Assembly (NCBI GenBank): GCA_964486045.1
Contig: CAZALK010000008.1
Span: 32,001 to 96,000, forward strand
Source: an uncultured archaeon
Lineage (GTDB): Archaea; Asgardarchaeota; Lokiarchaeia; Sigyniarchaeales; SOKP01
DNA length: 64,000 nt
Direction: 5' to 3'
In this document: in pieces, positions 1 to 10,347 of the stretch
Layout: each line of letters opens with the position of its first letter
Position numbering within the stretch: position 1 is the first letter of the stretch
Notes under the pieces: model-generated
Seen by the model: the letters and a program-made list of their open reading frames with translations, nothing else
Database searches by the model: none
Told to the model about the DNA's origin: nothing
Made by a program: the position numbers and the translations under genes

Positions 1-129
1 CTTGTTCCTTTATCACGGAATTCTTATAAAGAGGGTAACATTTAAAAGTGAGAATTTTGTTATATATGAGGAACAGCAGTTAAGAATATATTTTTAATAC
101 GATTTGGACTAAACTCTTTAGAAATTAAA

Positions 130-585
130 ATGTTGATTCGAGAAGCTGGTATCATCTTTAATGGAATACCCGTTATTTTTGCTAGTTACCATAGAGCCAG
201 TAAAGAAAAAACAGATTTAATTTGTTCAAGCGGATTGATGAGTGGATTACTAACTTTTGCCGAATGCTTAATGGCGCCAATTGAATATTTTGAAAGCAGC
301 AATTATTCCATAATTTTCAATAAAGGAATGATGAAAGATTTTTATGGAAAAGAACAAGAGGTGCTTGCATTCTTAGTTGTTGATAAAGATAACAGACTTG
401 AAAAATATTTACACAAAACTGTTTTACCACTTTTGGAGAAATTACTAAAAAAATTTACCTCTCAATATACTGGTTGTAAAATTACTGAAACAGCTCAATT
501 TGAGCCATTTAAGCAAACTATTGACAAAATTTTCGGAACTGGTACTCAAACTTTTGAAGAAAAGGTAATTTCTTTATTAACTTAA
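130..585 (+). CDS. Longin-like domain protein (Asgard eukaryotic-signature type)
   Basis: 151 aa with longin pattern: N-terminal strands with GIP, helix LxSGLMSGLLTFA, strands, C-terminal helix ending F...FxxFKxxIDKI. Confidence 0.6.
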   Translation: MLIREAGIIFNGIPVIFASYHRASKEKTDLICSSGLMSGLLTFAECLMAPIEYFESSNYSIIFNKGMMKDFYGKEQEVLAFLVVDKDNRLEKYLHKTVLPLLEKLLKKFTSQYTGCKITETAQFEPFKQTIDKIFGTGTQTFEEKVISLLT

Positions 586-624
586 TTAAAAAATCTTATT
601 TTATCACGATTTCCGAAAGTTAGA

Positions 625-1737
625 TTAATTTATCCGTGAAAAAAATATTTCTCTAATTTTGTTAAAGAGAGCCTTATTTTCATCAAGATAATTACCCTTT
701 AAAACTTGAGATCCCCCATTGGGATAATAGGCTAGTATTACGGAATCACATAATGTCCCACTCATACTTTTATAACCTATATCATATCCAACTATATTAA
801 ATCCTTTTTCAAGAGCAAGTGCCATAGAGTGTATGCTACTTTGAGTTGTAGGAATTCTCCATAAAATAATTCTCCAATCCTTATAGGTTTTAATTAGTTG
901 GTTTAATGACTTTTCTTTAATAGAACCATATAATTGTACTAACCCATTATAATAATCTTTTGAAACACCATACAATTCATACCCCTGATCTTTTTTACCT
1001 TTTTCTGTGACTAAATCATCATCTTTCATTCGTTTACATTGATTTTTGACGTGTTTATGAAAAAAGACGAAATCCTCATCATCTAATAAATAAACCTTAT
1101 TCTCTCTTTGACGCCAAAGTTTTTTAAATACAAGTGTGTAAAGAAATGCAGCCTCTTCTTCTTTTGGTGGAAATGGGGTATTATTAGTTATTTCATAAGT
1201 TCTCTTATCTCCTAAATTGAAGTAAGCCGGTATTAAACCAAAGTGTATTGCCCCAGCATTTTGATTAAGTTTTTGTGCTCTAACCTCTAACGTCCGCACT
1301 TCTGTATCAATTTTTAGAACATCTTTGAATTGTGGCATTTTCATGACTGAAATAAGACCTGCTGCACCTATTCTTGTTGTAACTCCTTGACCTTGGAATT
1401 TTTTCTTTGTCATACCTTTGCTTGAGTGAGCAATATATCTCTTTTTTTCTATTAATCCCACACCAGCTATTTCTCGAGTATTTAATAATTCACCTACAAA
1501 CCAGAAATTATTCTTATTTGACAGCTCTTTTTTTAAATATTCTAATTCATACACTAAAGGATTGACATACTTATACCCCCAAATTTCTCTAAAAATCATA
1601 GAAATAGGTTTAGCATCATTCGGGGTCCCAAATCTTAATCCATATTCATCTCCATTTTTAGCTACAAATTTCTGAAAATATGCAATATCTTCTTGTTTTG
1701 ATAAATATTTTTTACTAATAACTGCCAATCTTATCAC
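625..1737 (-). CDS. GNAT-family N-acetyltransferase-like protein
   Basis: Acetyl-CoA motif A (KKFQGQGVT); true start probably TTG (MAVISK) after GGTGA. Confidence 0.6.
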   Translation of the reverse strand: MIRLAVISKKYLSKQEDIAYFQKFVAKNGDEYGLRFGTPNDAKPISMIFREIWGYKYVNPLVYELEYLKKELSNKNNFWFVGELLNTREIAGVGLIEKKRYIAHSSKGMTKKKFQGQGVTTRIGAAGLISVMKMPQFKDVLKIDTEVRTLEVRAQKLNQNAGAIHFGLIPAYFNLGDKRTYEITNNTPFPPKEEEAAFLYTLVFKKLWRQRENKVYLLDDEDFVFFHKHVKNQCKRMKDDDLVTEKGKKDQGYELYGVSKDYYNGLVQLYGSIKEKSLNQLIKTYKDWRIILWRIPTTQSSIHSMALALEKGFNIVGYDIGYKSMSGTLCDSVILAYYPNGGSQVLKGNYLDENKALFNKIREIFFSRIN

Positions 1738-1990
1738 CTTACATTGAAAAATTTATAAAATGTTAAGTAATACTCTCTAAAAGCCTTTAAATAATTTTCT
1801 AATTTTCACGTGAAAAAAGGGAAATTCAAGGTAAGGATCTTTGGCAAAAAAAGTAAAAAACTTTGATGTCAAATTATTATTTAAACACATCTAGATATGA
1901 AAAAACCATAAAAAAAAAGCGGACAAAAGAAATAGCGTCTAAGCAAAATCAATGATTGTTATTTTTTCAAAGATAAAAGAGAAATTATTT

Positions 1991-2746
1991 TTATTTTTTT
2001 AATTTGGAACCAATTCCATAATACATCAATGAACCCCATAAAATTACTGAAATTCCTAATAAACTTACCACTGGCCTCAAAATATTCTGGAAACTCTCAT
2101 ATTCTTCCATAATATATGTTAATAAATTTAATATGTATACTGGATATAAATTAAAAATAACTAATCCTAATGAACCTATTAAATAATAGAACCATTTTCT
2201 CTTTAATTCTTTAGTTTCAAATTTAAAATAAATTTTAAAAGATGTATAAAATATTGGTATAATTGCAAAGCAATTTACAATAGAAACTAAATAAATAAAA
2301 AAATACGGGGCCCATTTCATATATCCTGAAGAATGTATCGTCACTCCTTGAAAAGGGTATATAATTAATATTAACATTCCAATGAAAAGGATAAGACCGT
2401 AGTAAAGGATATATCTATTTTGCCGTTTTACAGAAAAAATGATGGTTGATTCTAATATTATCATATTTACAATCACGATAAAAATTAATCCGAAATTTAC
2501 AGAGAAGACAGATAAAAAATGAAGAATTATAACAATATAATCAATATCTATTGCCGCATAAATCATATTTAGGATTAAACCAATGATTGTACTTATAAAG
2601 AATCCACTAAAAATCAGGTTTAATCGTTGTTTTTTTCGGTGTAATATTCGATTAGCTAACACTGAAAAATAGACAACAATAATTCCCATAACTACATAAA
2701 CGGATATTATTCTTGTAGTCGTGGCAGATATTTGGAAAAAAGCTAT
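1991..2746 (-). CDS. Multi-pass (about 7 TM) membrane protein
   Basis: Hydrophobic helices throughout; frame open 19 codons upstream of the annotated ATG (2689) to an ATA at 2746 preceded by GGTGAT. Confidence 0.7.
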   Translation of the reverse strand: MAFFQISATTTRIISVYVVMGIIVVYFSVLANRILHRKKQRLNLIFSGFFISTIIGLILNMIYAAIDIDYIVIILHFLSVFSVNFGLIFIVIVNMIILESTIIFSVKRQNRYILYYGLILFIGMLILIIYPFQGVTIHSSGYMKWAPYFFIYLVSIVNCFAIIPIFYTSFKIYFKFETKELKRKWFYYLIGSLGLVIFNLYPVYILNLLTYIMEEYESFQNILRPVVSLLGISVILWGSLMYYGIGSKLKK

Positions 2747-2891
2747 TTATATCACCAGTATCAGCTCATTTTAGTTTTGTTATATAAACATTGGATTTAA
2801 TATTAATAAAGATAATCTTGTTTGAGAGGTTTGAATCAAAATTAATAGTTTCATTTAAGATGATAAAATTTAAAAAAAAGTATTTACATTC

Positions 2892-3467
2892 TTATCTCAG
2901 GCTGATTTCTTTCAACCTTTGAGAAATATCCCATTCCTTCATAAGTTTTACTACACATAAAGGCAGAAAATGTTCCCATTTTTCGCCCTTTATCATAGCT
3001 TCACGTATATCACTTGAGCTAAGTCCTTTTTTTTCAATGGGAACTTCCCAAAGGAGATGAATTTTCAATCCCAAAGATTCAAAGTATTTTTTCTTTTGTC
3101 TCCCCCACTCATCATATATTGTAAGGAAAAAAATAACATCCAATGGAACATAATATTTGATAAGTTCTGGAACGTTTATGGGAAATGGTACTATAGAAAA
3201 TTCAGATAATGATAAGTCTTGTTCTAAAAGTGCTGCTTGTATCATGACATAACGTTCATAATAAGTTAATGGATTTGCTATAGGAGTGCTGCGGTGTGGA
3301 TTAGTATCTGAGTCTCTCGTTAAAGAGGGATCAGGATTCGTAATTCCCACTACGAGATTCTTACACAATTCCTTACCTGCCATTAGATATTTAATGTGAT
3401 CATTATGCAATATCTGAAATCTACCATGAATTACACCTAGTTCATATTGAAAGATTTTCTGTTTCAT
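2892..3467 (-). CDS. nadM: Nicotinamide/nicotinate-nucleotide adenylyltransferase (NadM-like)
   Basis: HGRFQILHNDH (HxGH-like), NPLTYYER, SSSDIR motifs. Confidence 0.8.
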   Translation of the reverse strand: MKQKIFQYELGVIHGRFQILHNDHIKYLMAGKELCKNLVVGITNPDPSLTRDSDTNPHRSTPIANPLTYYERYVMIQAALLEQDLSLSEFSIVPFPINVPELIKYYVPLDVIFFLTIYDEWGRQKKKYFESLGLKIHLLWEVPIEKKGLSSSDIREAMIKGEKWEHFLPLCVVKLMKEWDISQRLKEISLR

Positions 3468-3637
3468 CTCTACACTCTGTTTAATGACTTCAACAAATAA
3501 TAGATTATCATATTTGAAATAACTTATTAATATGTCAAATTTTTCACTATTTTTGAAGGCTATTAATATTTATATTGGCGCTATGGACTATTGTTCTATA
3601 ATTTTAAAGTGAATCTTTTTAATTTTTTAATATTAGA

Positions 3638-4801
3638 ATGAGCAGATCTTCTGAAATCATGATAAAACCAAAAACCCATAGTAGCAGCTCTGTGAAATTT
3701 GTCCATGCAAGTGATATTCACCTTGGTTGCCACCAATATCGAACTTTAAACCGTGCTGATGATTTTATAAGAGCTTTCAGAGAAATATTGATATTATCAA
3801 TTGACCACTGTGCAGATTTCATTATTCTAGGTGGGGATGTCTTTACTTCTCTAGAAATGTTGCCAGGAAAATTATTGGAAATAGTAGAGATGTTAACTGA
3901 ATTTAAGACTCGTACAAGTGGAAAGATCAAAATCATTGCAATTGAGGGAAATCATGACATTCGAAAATCTTCTTTTGGTTTGAGATTATCCAAGCGTGGT
4001 CAATCATGGCTAAAACTTATCTCGAGCTTGGGTTTAATAATTTTGCTTGATGCAAATTTAGAAGATTCTCCAGAAGAATTGTTTAAGGTTTATGATTCTA
4101 GTTTGAAAAAAGGGGGGAAAATCCAAATAAAGAATGTAATGATTCACGGAATTCAATATATTGGCCAGGATCCTATAAAATATTTACCTAAGATAAAAAA
4201 CGCAATTAAAAAGGAACATGGGGTATATAATATCCTGCTACAACATTATGGTATTAAAGGACAAATGAAAAATGTGCCAGGAGTGAAATTAGAAGATATT
4301 GAATTATTAAAAGATCGAGTAAATTATTTAGCTCTAGGTCATTTTCATCGTCAATTCATAATAGATGATTGGATATATAATCCTGGCTCTTCTGAAGCAG
4401 CGAGTTGGATTGATTCAACTTTTAAAAGAGGAGTTTTTTTAGTAGAAGTTTATAATGATAAAAAATTTACCAAAATTATTCAAATCATTAGATTACATAA
4501 TCGTCACCACCGATGGGAGGTAATTTTTTTCCCAAAGGCTATAAAGAACAAACAAAACTTTTATAACTTTATTTTCCATAAATTAAAACCGGTTTTTAAA
4601 TACTCTCAACCTAAAATAGGAACGTTAGATATGAGGATACCCGCGTTATATTTAGTATTGAAAGGTAAAAAGCCCCTAAACTTATTTAAAATAAACGAAA
4701 AAGAATTAGGAAATAGAATTTGTGAGAATTTTCCGGTTGTAGATGTTAAAATCTATCAGAAATTTACTAATTCTGTGGTTAAATTAGATAAATACATGTA
4801 A
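3638..4801 (+). CDS. Mre11/SbcD-family metallophosphoesterase (DNA repair nuclease)
   Basis: DIHLG, GGDVF, GNHD, GHFH, YNPGS motifs. Confidence 0.85.
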   Translation: MSRSSEIMIKPKTHSSSSVKFVHASDIHLGCHQYRTLNRADDFIRAFREILILSIDHCADFIILGGDVFTSLEMLPGKLLEIVEMLTEFKTRTSGKIKIIAIEGNHDIRKSSFGLRLSKRGQSWLKLISSLGLIILLDANLEDSPEELFKVYDSSLKKGGKIQIKNVMIHGIQYIGQDPIKYLPKIKNAIKKEHGVYNILLQHYGIKGQMKNVPGVKLEDIELLKDRVNYLALGHFHRQFIIDDWIYNPGSSEAASWIDSTFKRGVFLVEVYNDKKFTKIIQIIRLHNRHHRWEVIFFPKAIKNKQNFYNFIFHKLKPVFKYSQPKIGTLDMRIPALYLVLKGKKPLNLFKINEKELGNRICENFPVVDVKIYQKFTNSVVKLDKYM

Positions 4802-4917
4802 CCTGCTTTTTCCTTAAGGAGATCCATGATATTTTAATATTTCTTATTAGACTGTTTTGTAAAATTAACTGAGTAAGTTAAATGTTTATTAAATAATTTA
4901 GTTAAATCCTATATGAG

Positions 4918-6528
4918 ATGTCAGTACGAAATTTTATAAAAAAAAATCGAATTTTCTCTATTGTGTCAATAGGCTTTCTTATATGGCTAGTATTCTTAAT
5001 AATATTAAGTGTTTTAAATAAACGAAAAATCATTTTCCTCGATGTTCTTAACTCCTATCCTGGAACAGATGTATCATCAGAATATCATTCAGTAGTGCCA
5101 TTGATCAGGTATTTTATTGAACCCTTTGTCGGAATATCTTTTATAATCGGGATGGATTTCGAGTATTTAATTGCTTTAACAATAATTTATCCCATTTATA
5201 GATTATTATACTTATTTCTGAAAAAAAAGGGGCGAATTAACAAGAAAAGATTCAAGAAATTAAAGCCCCCAGTATTTAATTATTTGAGATTTGTGTTTAA
5301 AATATTTTCTTTAACAGTAATAATAATAGCAGTTGCTATATTAATCGGCTATATAATTTCAGGTTATTATTTTGTTAGTCGCCATTTTATGATGATTATT
5401 CAACCAGGAATAAGAATTTGCTTTGTATTATTAATTGTTAAGATTTCCTATTTATTTATGATTTTTCTGCATCCTAAATTAAAATTCAAAAATTTTTCTG
5501 AGAAAAAACTAAAAAAAATTAAAAGAAATTCAAAATTAGCAAAACATTCTGATACAATAAAGATGGAACTTACTTATTTCGTAGCATTAATATATTTAAT
5601 GCTTGCAATAAACATTCTCTTGATTTCTACTCCATTTCCAACTCATCGGATAAATGCTGATTTAGATTATGATGAGTTTTTATTTGATTTTCATGTTCAC
5701 ACAACAATGTCAGATGGTTGGATCACCCCAGAGCAAAGAGTAATGTGGTATATAGAACAAGGAATAGATGGTGCTGCTTTTTCTGACCATGATAATCTCC
5801 GTGGGGTGATTCCTGCTAGAAATTATGTAGAAAGTAACAATTTAGATTTTACTGTTTGGTTAGGAGCAGAATGGACTGATAATGAGAGGGATATTCATAT
5901 GAATTATTATGGTCTAGAAGAAGAAATTGTTGCTCCTATGTCAAAAACATCGTTGGGCATATCTTTAGCATTAAACGCATCAGATATGATCGCCTATGTA
6001 AAGAATCATGGAGGATATGTGATTGTGAACCATTATAATTATAATCCTAATCCAAAAGGAGGTTATGGGACACCATACACTCTTGAGCAACTACGAGACT
6101 GGGGGGTTGATGGTTTTGAAATAATTAATGGTGACCATGTTGAAGAAAAGGAGATAAGAGAATTTTGCTTAAATAATACTAACAACTATAATGAGAGCTT
6201 AATATGTTTTGGTGGTTCTGATATTCATACAAGTGAAGATTTAAATGCTTTTATAAAAGTAAGGTTAAATGATCCTTCAAATAAAACTATCGATAACATT
6301 TTTAAAAATTTAAGAAATAATAGCCATAGTGTGATAACTATTAATTTACATTCTAGCTTAGTAAATTTTCCAAGAGTGCTCAATGTTCTCGGTTTTGAAT
6401 TGCTAGAAGATTATTTAAATTATGTTCTAAATCTAAATTCATTTCAGGTAATTTCCTGGATAGCCTGGTCTTCTATAGGTTATTTATTATTCTTTTTAAC
6501 ATATAGAAAGATTAAAAAACGGATTTAA
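4918..6528 (+). CDS. Membrane-anchored PHP-domain phosphoesterase
   Basis: N-terminal TM helices; HVHTxxSDG, SDHD, GAE, NH, GGSDIH PHP motifs; C-terminal TM. Confidence 0.8.
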   Translation: MSVRNFIKKNRIFSIVSIGFLIWLVFLIILSVLNKRKIIFLDVLNSYPGTDVSSEYHSVVPLIRYFIEPFVGISFIIGMDFEYLIALTIIYPIYRLLYLFLKKKGRINKKRFKKLKPPVFNYLRFVFKIFSLTVIIIAVAILIGYIISGYYFVSRHFMMIIQPGIRICFVLLIVKISYLFMIFLHPKLKFKNFSEKKLKKIKRNSKLAKHSDTIKMELTYFVALIYLMLAINILLISTPFPTHRINADLDYDEFLFDFHVHTTMSDGWITPEQRVMWYIEQGIDGAAFSDHDNLRGVIPARNYVESNNLDFTVWLGAEWTDNERDIHMNYYGLEEEIVAPMSKTSLGISLALNASDMIAYVKNHGGYVIVNHYNYNPNPKGGYGTPYTLEQLRDWGVDGFEIINGDHVEEKEIREFCLNNTNNYNESLICFGGSDIHTSEDLNAFIKVRLNDPSNKTIDNIFKNLRNNSHSVITINLHSSLVNFPRVLNVLGFELLEDYLNYVLNLNSFQVISWIAWSSIGYLLFFLTYRKIKKRI

Positions 6529-6556
6529 GAAAATTAAAGCCTAGTAAATAAAAAAT

Positions 6557-7018
6557 TCAAATGTAGTAATGGTTTCTATCTTCTTTATATTTATCTTTGT
6601 CGTCATCTTTGTCATCATCTTTCCTATCACCAAGAAATTTCTTATAAAGATACTTGAGCATATCTTCTGGATTCCCCTTAAAGTCTTTTAAGTCTCGAGG
6701 GTCGAGTTTAATAATACCTCCCCTTTTAAGTGGTATAACTTTATTGCGTAAATCTCTCTCCATATCTTTTTGCCTTTTCTCATTCAAGGATAATTCCTTT
6801 TTCATTAGGTCTTTTAATTCAGTTACCACAAGGTCTTCTAAGTATTCTGGCTCAAATGCCATAAGCTTTTCTAAACCGTACATTTTTGTGAGTCTTCGTA
6901 TTGCTTTTCTCTTCTTAATTTCTGCTATCTGATTAATATTGTTTAACTTAAGCATAGATACAATATTAAGCCAATCCAGCTTAATTGTCCAACGAAAGTT
7001 CTTCTCGTCTTCTGTCAT
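6557..7018 (-). CDS. Hypothetical protein with acidic D/K-rich tail
   Basis: 153-aa ORF with ATG start and coding-like composition. Confidence 0.6.
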   Translation of the reverse strand: MTEDEKNFRWTIKLDWLNIVSMLKLNNINQIAEIKKRKAIRRLTKMYGLEKLMAFEPEYLEDLVVTELKDLMKKELSLNEKRQKDMERDLRNKVIPLKRGGIIKLDPRDLKDFKGNPEDMLKYLYKKFLGDRKDDDKDDDKDKYKEDRNHYYI

Positions 7019-7300
7019 AATTTTTGAAGGCTTGAATTATATTTGTAATTGCTATAATTTTTTTACAAAAAAAAAAATTTATTTATAGACTACTATGTAG
7101 TAACCGATAAATGATCTTTATAAATTTATTTATTTTAATCAATAATTTCCAGAAAAGGACTAAAGTTTCATAAATTTATCCACTTTAAATATAATGAGGT
7201 AAAGATTATCCAATATTGATTTATCTATTTGAATTTAAATATAAGAAGGTTAATCCTTAACATTTAGAAAAAAAATTAGGGTTAAAATATTAAACACCAG

Positions 7301-8533
7301 TTATTTAACCTTTAACCTTTTAATTTTTAAAAATATTATTATTGGGATGAATCCTAATAGGATTAATAAATTATAGCCGGGAATTTGAGGATTTGAGGAT
7401 GTTCTAGCTGATTCTATGATATAATCGTTTATTATTTGATCCAATGCATAATCAACATAGGTACTCTCGGAAAAAATAATTACAACTATATCATAATCGG
7501 GAATAACAATTATATATTGTCCTAAATAGCCAGCGGCATAAAAATAATCTTCACTTTTTAACCAAAACAAATATCCGTATTCAGGATTTCCTACATGATT
7601 TATAGAAGCAGAAGTTATATAACTCTCGGGTACTACTTGAGTACTATTCCAATTTCCATTGTTCAAACATAATAATCCTATCCGAGCCATCGCCTTTGGT
7701 GTAAAATAAAGTCCCCAGCCCCCATAAGAGATATTGTTTAAAGTTCCATTTCCCCATTCCCAATTAATTTCATCCCATTCCCATTGGTCATCTTTAATTC
7801 CAATAGGAGCAAATAAATGTTGCTGTGCAAATTCAGATGTTTTCATCCCTGTTTTATTTTGAATAATAGCAGATAATAATTGAGTATTTCCACTAGAATA
7901 CTCAAAATCTGAACTAGGGGGTGATACTAATGGTTTTTTAAGAACATAGTCAAGACTGATATTATAAATCCACCAATTAGAAAAGGAGTCAAAGCCCTCA
8001 TCCCATTGAAGTCCTGATCTCATTGTGAGTAGATCTTCAATTGTTATGTTCTTTTTCAGTTCATCACCATAACTAGGTTTCCATTTGTCAGGAAAGATCC
8101 CGAAAAAAGTCTCGTTTACACTGTCGATGTATCCTTTTTCAATTGCAATACCAATTAAGAGTGAGATAATAGATTTGGTACAACTATATAACACGTGTAA
8201 GGATCCATTTTTTCGGGTTATAATAGGCGTGGAAGTTATGAATCTTTGTTCTTCAATGACTTCACTATTAGATAAATAACTTTCATTAACAATATATCCA
8301 TTCCGGCTAACTAGGATACTTTGAATATTTAGGTTATATTGGTTTATAAAATCATACATCTCCCCAATAAGATTCGAATTCATTCCTTGATCCTCAGGAG
8401 TCGTAATAATCCAATCATCACCAGGCCAGTAGTTGTTTTCAGTTTGGGAGATGCTATAGGAACTAAAGAGATTAATGAAAATTATTATGGAACATAAAAA
8501 TCCACCTAGCAAGAATTTCGATTGTTTTTGCAT
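7301..8533 (-). CDS. Secreted serine hydrolase (beta-lactamase class C-like) with Loki-CTERM-type anchor
   Basis: Signal peptide; SCTK (SxxK), LLTMRSG, FEYSS, AAGYLGQ; C-terminal IPGY + TM + basic tail. Confidence 0.85.
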   Translation of the reverse strand: MQKQSKFLLGGFLCSIIIFINLFSSYSISQTENNYWPGDDWIITTPEDQGMNSNLIGEMYDFINQYNLNIQSILVSRNGYIVNESYLSNSEVIEEQRFITSTPIITRKNGSLHVLYSCTKSIISLLIGIAIEKGYIDSVNETFFGIFPDKWKPSYGDELKKNITIEDLLTMRSGLQWDEGFDSFSNWWIYNISLDYVLKKPLVSPPSSDFEYSSGNTQLLSAIIQNKTGMKTSEFAQQHLFAPIGIKDDQWEWDEINWEWGNGTLNNISYGGWGLYFTPKAMARIGLLCLNNGNWNSTQVVPESYITSASINHVGNPEYGYLFWLKSEDYFYAAGYLGQYIIVIPDYDIVVIIFSESTYVDYALDQIINDYIIESARTSSNPQIPGYNLLILLGFIPIIIFLKIKRLKVK

Positions 8534-8688
8534 TTTCTTATGAAAAATCGTTAATTATTTTTTTATGGAGCAAAAAATATTTAAATTTAATGAAAAAAAG
8601 TACGGCTCTTATGTATCAAGCTAGTAGAGGATTGAAATTAATAAAATAAGCAGTATAGAATTTAAAAATTAAGAAATTGTTGAAAATT

Positions 8689-8898
8689 TTATTCAAAATA
8701 ACTTTTAAAGGAGCGAGAAAAATCTTTAATATATTTGTTATCTATTTCACCAAATTTAAAGCTTTCTTGATGTTTCTTTTCCTTCCCAAATAAGTATCTC
8801 TTGATAGCAAGCTCAAAATCATTTATGCACATACTATCTTCTTCCGCAAACTTGATTTCTCCGAAATATTTAAGAAAATCCGGGTTTGAAATTGACAC
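8689..8898 (-). CDS. Small hypothetical protein
   Basis: 69 aa, GTG start preceded by GGTGA. Confidence 0.4.
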   Translation of the reverse strand: MSISNPDFLKYFGEIKFAEEDSMCINDFELAIKRYLFGKEKKHQESFKFGEIDNKYIKDFSRSFKSYFE

Positions 8899-9194
8899 TT
8901 TATAGTTTCACCTTAAACGGTATTTTAATGTTTATTTTAATATTCGTTTTACTATATCATTAAGTTTCTAATTAAAAAGATAGTTGAATATTTAAACATT
9001 TTCATATGATTAACCATCTCAATAATTCTCGATTTTAAGCACAATTTTCTAAAAAAAATTCATAAACTGTTAAAAAACTCAAGAATTTGTTGCAACGCTA
9101 AAAATTCTATCTTACTTTATTGAATAATTATCTCCTTATCGAGATTCTAGGTAAACAAATGGATATAATTATATATTAGGCTTTCAAATTATAA

Positions 9195-10202
9195 TTGAAT
9201 ATTAAATTCATATTACGTTACCTACTTAACATTGTATTAAATTTTAGAAAAATAGGGCTTGAAATGAATAGACAACTTAATGATAAAACCTATATGAAAT
9301 ACCTTTTACAATACTTAAATGTTGATGGATTAAAGCAGATTTGCCGAGATTTTGGAATAAAAGGGTTTTCAAAACTGAAGAAGTCAGAATTGATTGAGTT
9401 TATTCTTGATTCCCTGGCTGAGGAGGAATTAGAAGAATTAATAAAACAAAAAGAATTGGAGATTATTTCAGAAGGTATAAATTTAGCTCTAAAAAAAATC
9501 GATGGAGAAGATAGAGAGACTATTAGTGAAATAAAAATTGTGAATCCTAAAAACCATGAGGTTGAGATTAAATTTAAGGGATTTAATTGGGAGATAGGTT
9601 CTTATTTATCTATTACACCTACAAATATAAATGATCCAGAGAGGGATTGTGATTGCCGAATAGGTTCAAACCTAGGTTTTTGTGGTCATTTTTGGGTAGT
9701 TTTTATCCTATCTTTAAAAGAAGGATATTTTAAACTCTCCGATTGGACGTTAACAAAACTGCCAGAAAATTTTGAAAAACTTATTAAGCCAATTAAGATA
9801 TCAAAGCCAGATTCGAGTGCGAAAAGTACTGGAAAAAGAAGCTTAGTTAATGAGAGTTCTGATAGTGCTATGTTCATGAAGTTTATTGATAAAAGTATTA
9901 CTATTTATGAAGGGAAAATCTCAGAGATAGTACAGAAGCAATCAGAATTTCAAGGAAATGTTTCCATTTTTTATCTCATCACTTTAGAAGATGTAAGATT
10001 CGGACCAAGAATATCCCGAAAAAGCGATTACCGTGAAGAAGACATTGTACAAGCAGACAACCTTAAAATAAGAGTTAGTGAAAAATTACAGAATGAAAAT
10101 GAGTTAAAACCAAAAGAAAAAATAAAAGTGAATGGGAAGCTTGATAAAGATAATTTTTGGGGTATAATGGTAAAAAATATACGAAAAGTAGAAAAAATCT
10201 AA
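9195..10202 (+). CDS. HeH/Rho-N-like + SWIM zinc finger + OB-fold-like protein
   Basis: LKQICRDFGIKGFSKLKKSELI (HeH-like), CDC-x7-CGH (SWIM), beta-rich C-terminus EGKI...VNGKL; start probably ATG near 9264. Confidence 0.65.
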   Translation: MNIKFILRYLLNIVLNFRKIGLEMNRQLNDKTYMKYLLQYLNVDGLKQICRDFGIKGFSKLKKSELIEFILDSLAEEELEELIKQKELEIISEGINLALKKIDGEDRETISEIKIVNPKNHEVEIKFKGFNWEIGSYLSITPTNINDPERDCDCRIGSNLGFCGHFWVVFILSLKEGYFKLSDWTLTKLPENFEKLIKPIKISKPDSSAKSTGKRSLVNESSDSAMFMKFIDKSITIYEGKISEIVQKQSEFQGNVSIFYLITLEDVRFGPRISRKSDYREEDIVQADNLKIRVSEKLQNENELKPKEKIKVNGKLDKDNFWGIMVKNIRKVEKI

Positions 10203-10347
10203 AAAATAAAAATCCCAAAATCCATCAGAGATTTTATTAATTTTTTTTCTTTCTCATACTTAACTTTGTTCTTTTAATTAGGATATTTATTATTTTTATA
10301 ATTTGGGGATTTAAACGGCTGTAATTAAGAATAATACATCTAAAATT

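Noticed and set aside
10209-10312. Short inverted repeat (aaatcccaaaat / atttggggattt) suggesting a MITE
   Set aside because: Only 12 bp with a mismatch in AT-rich DNA, no target duplication or second copy seen
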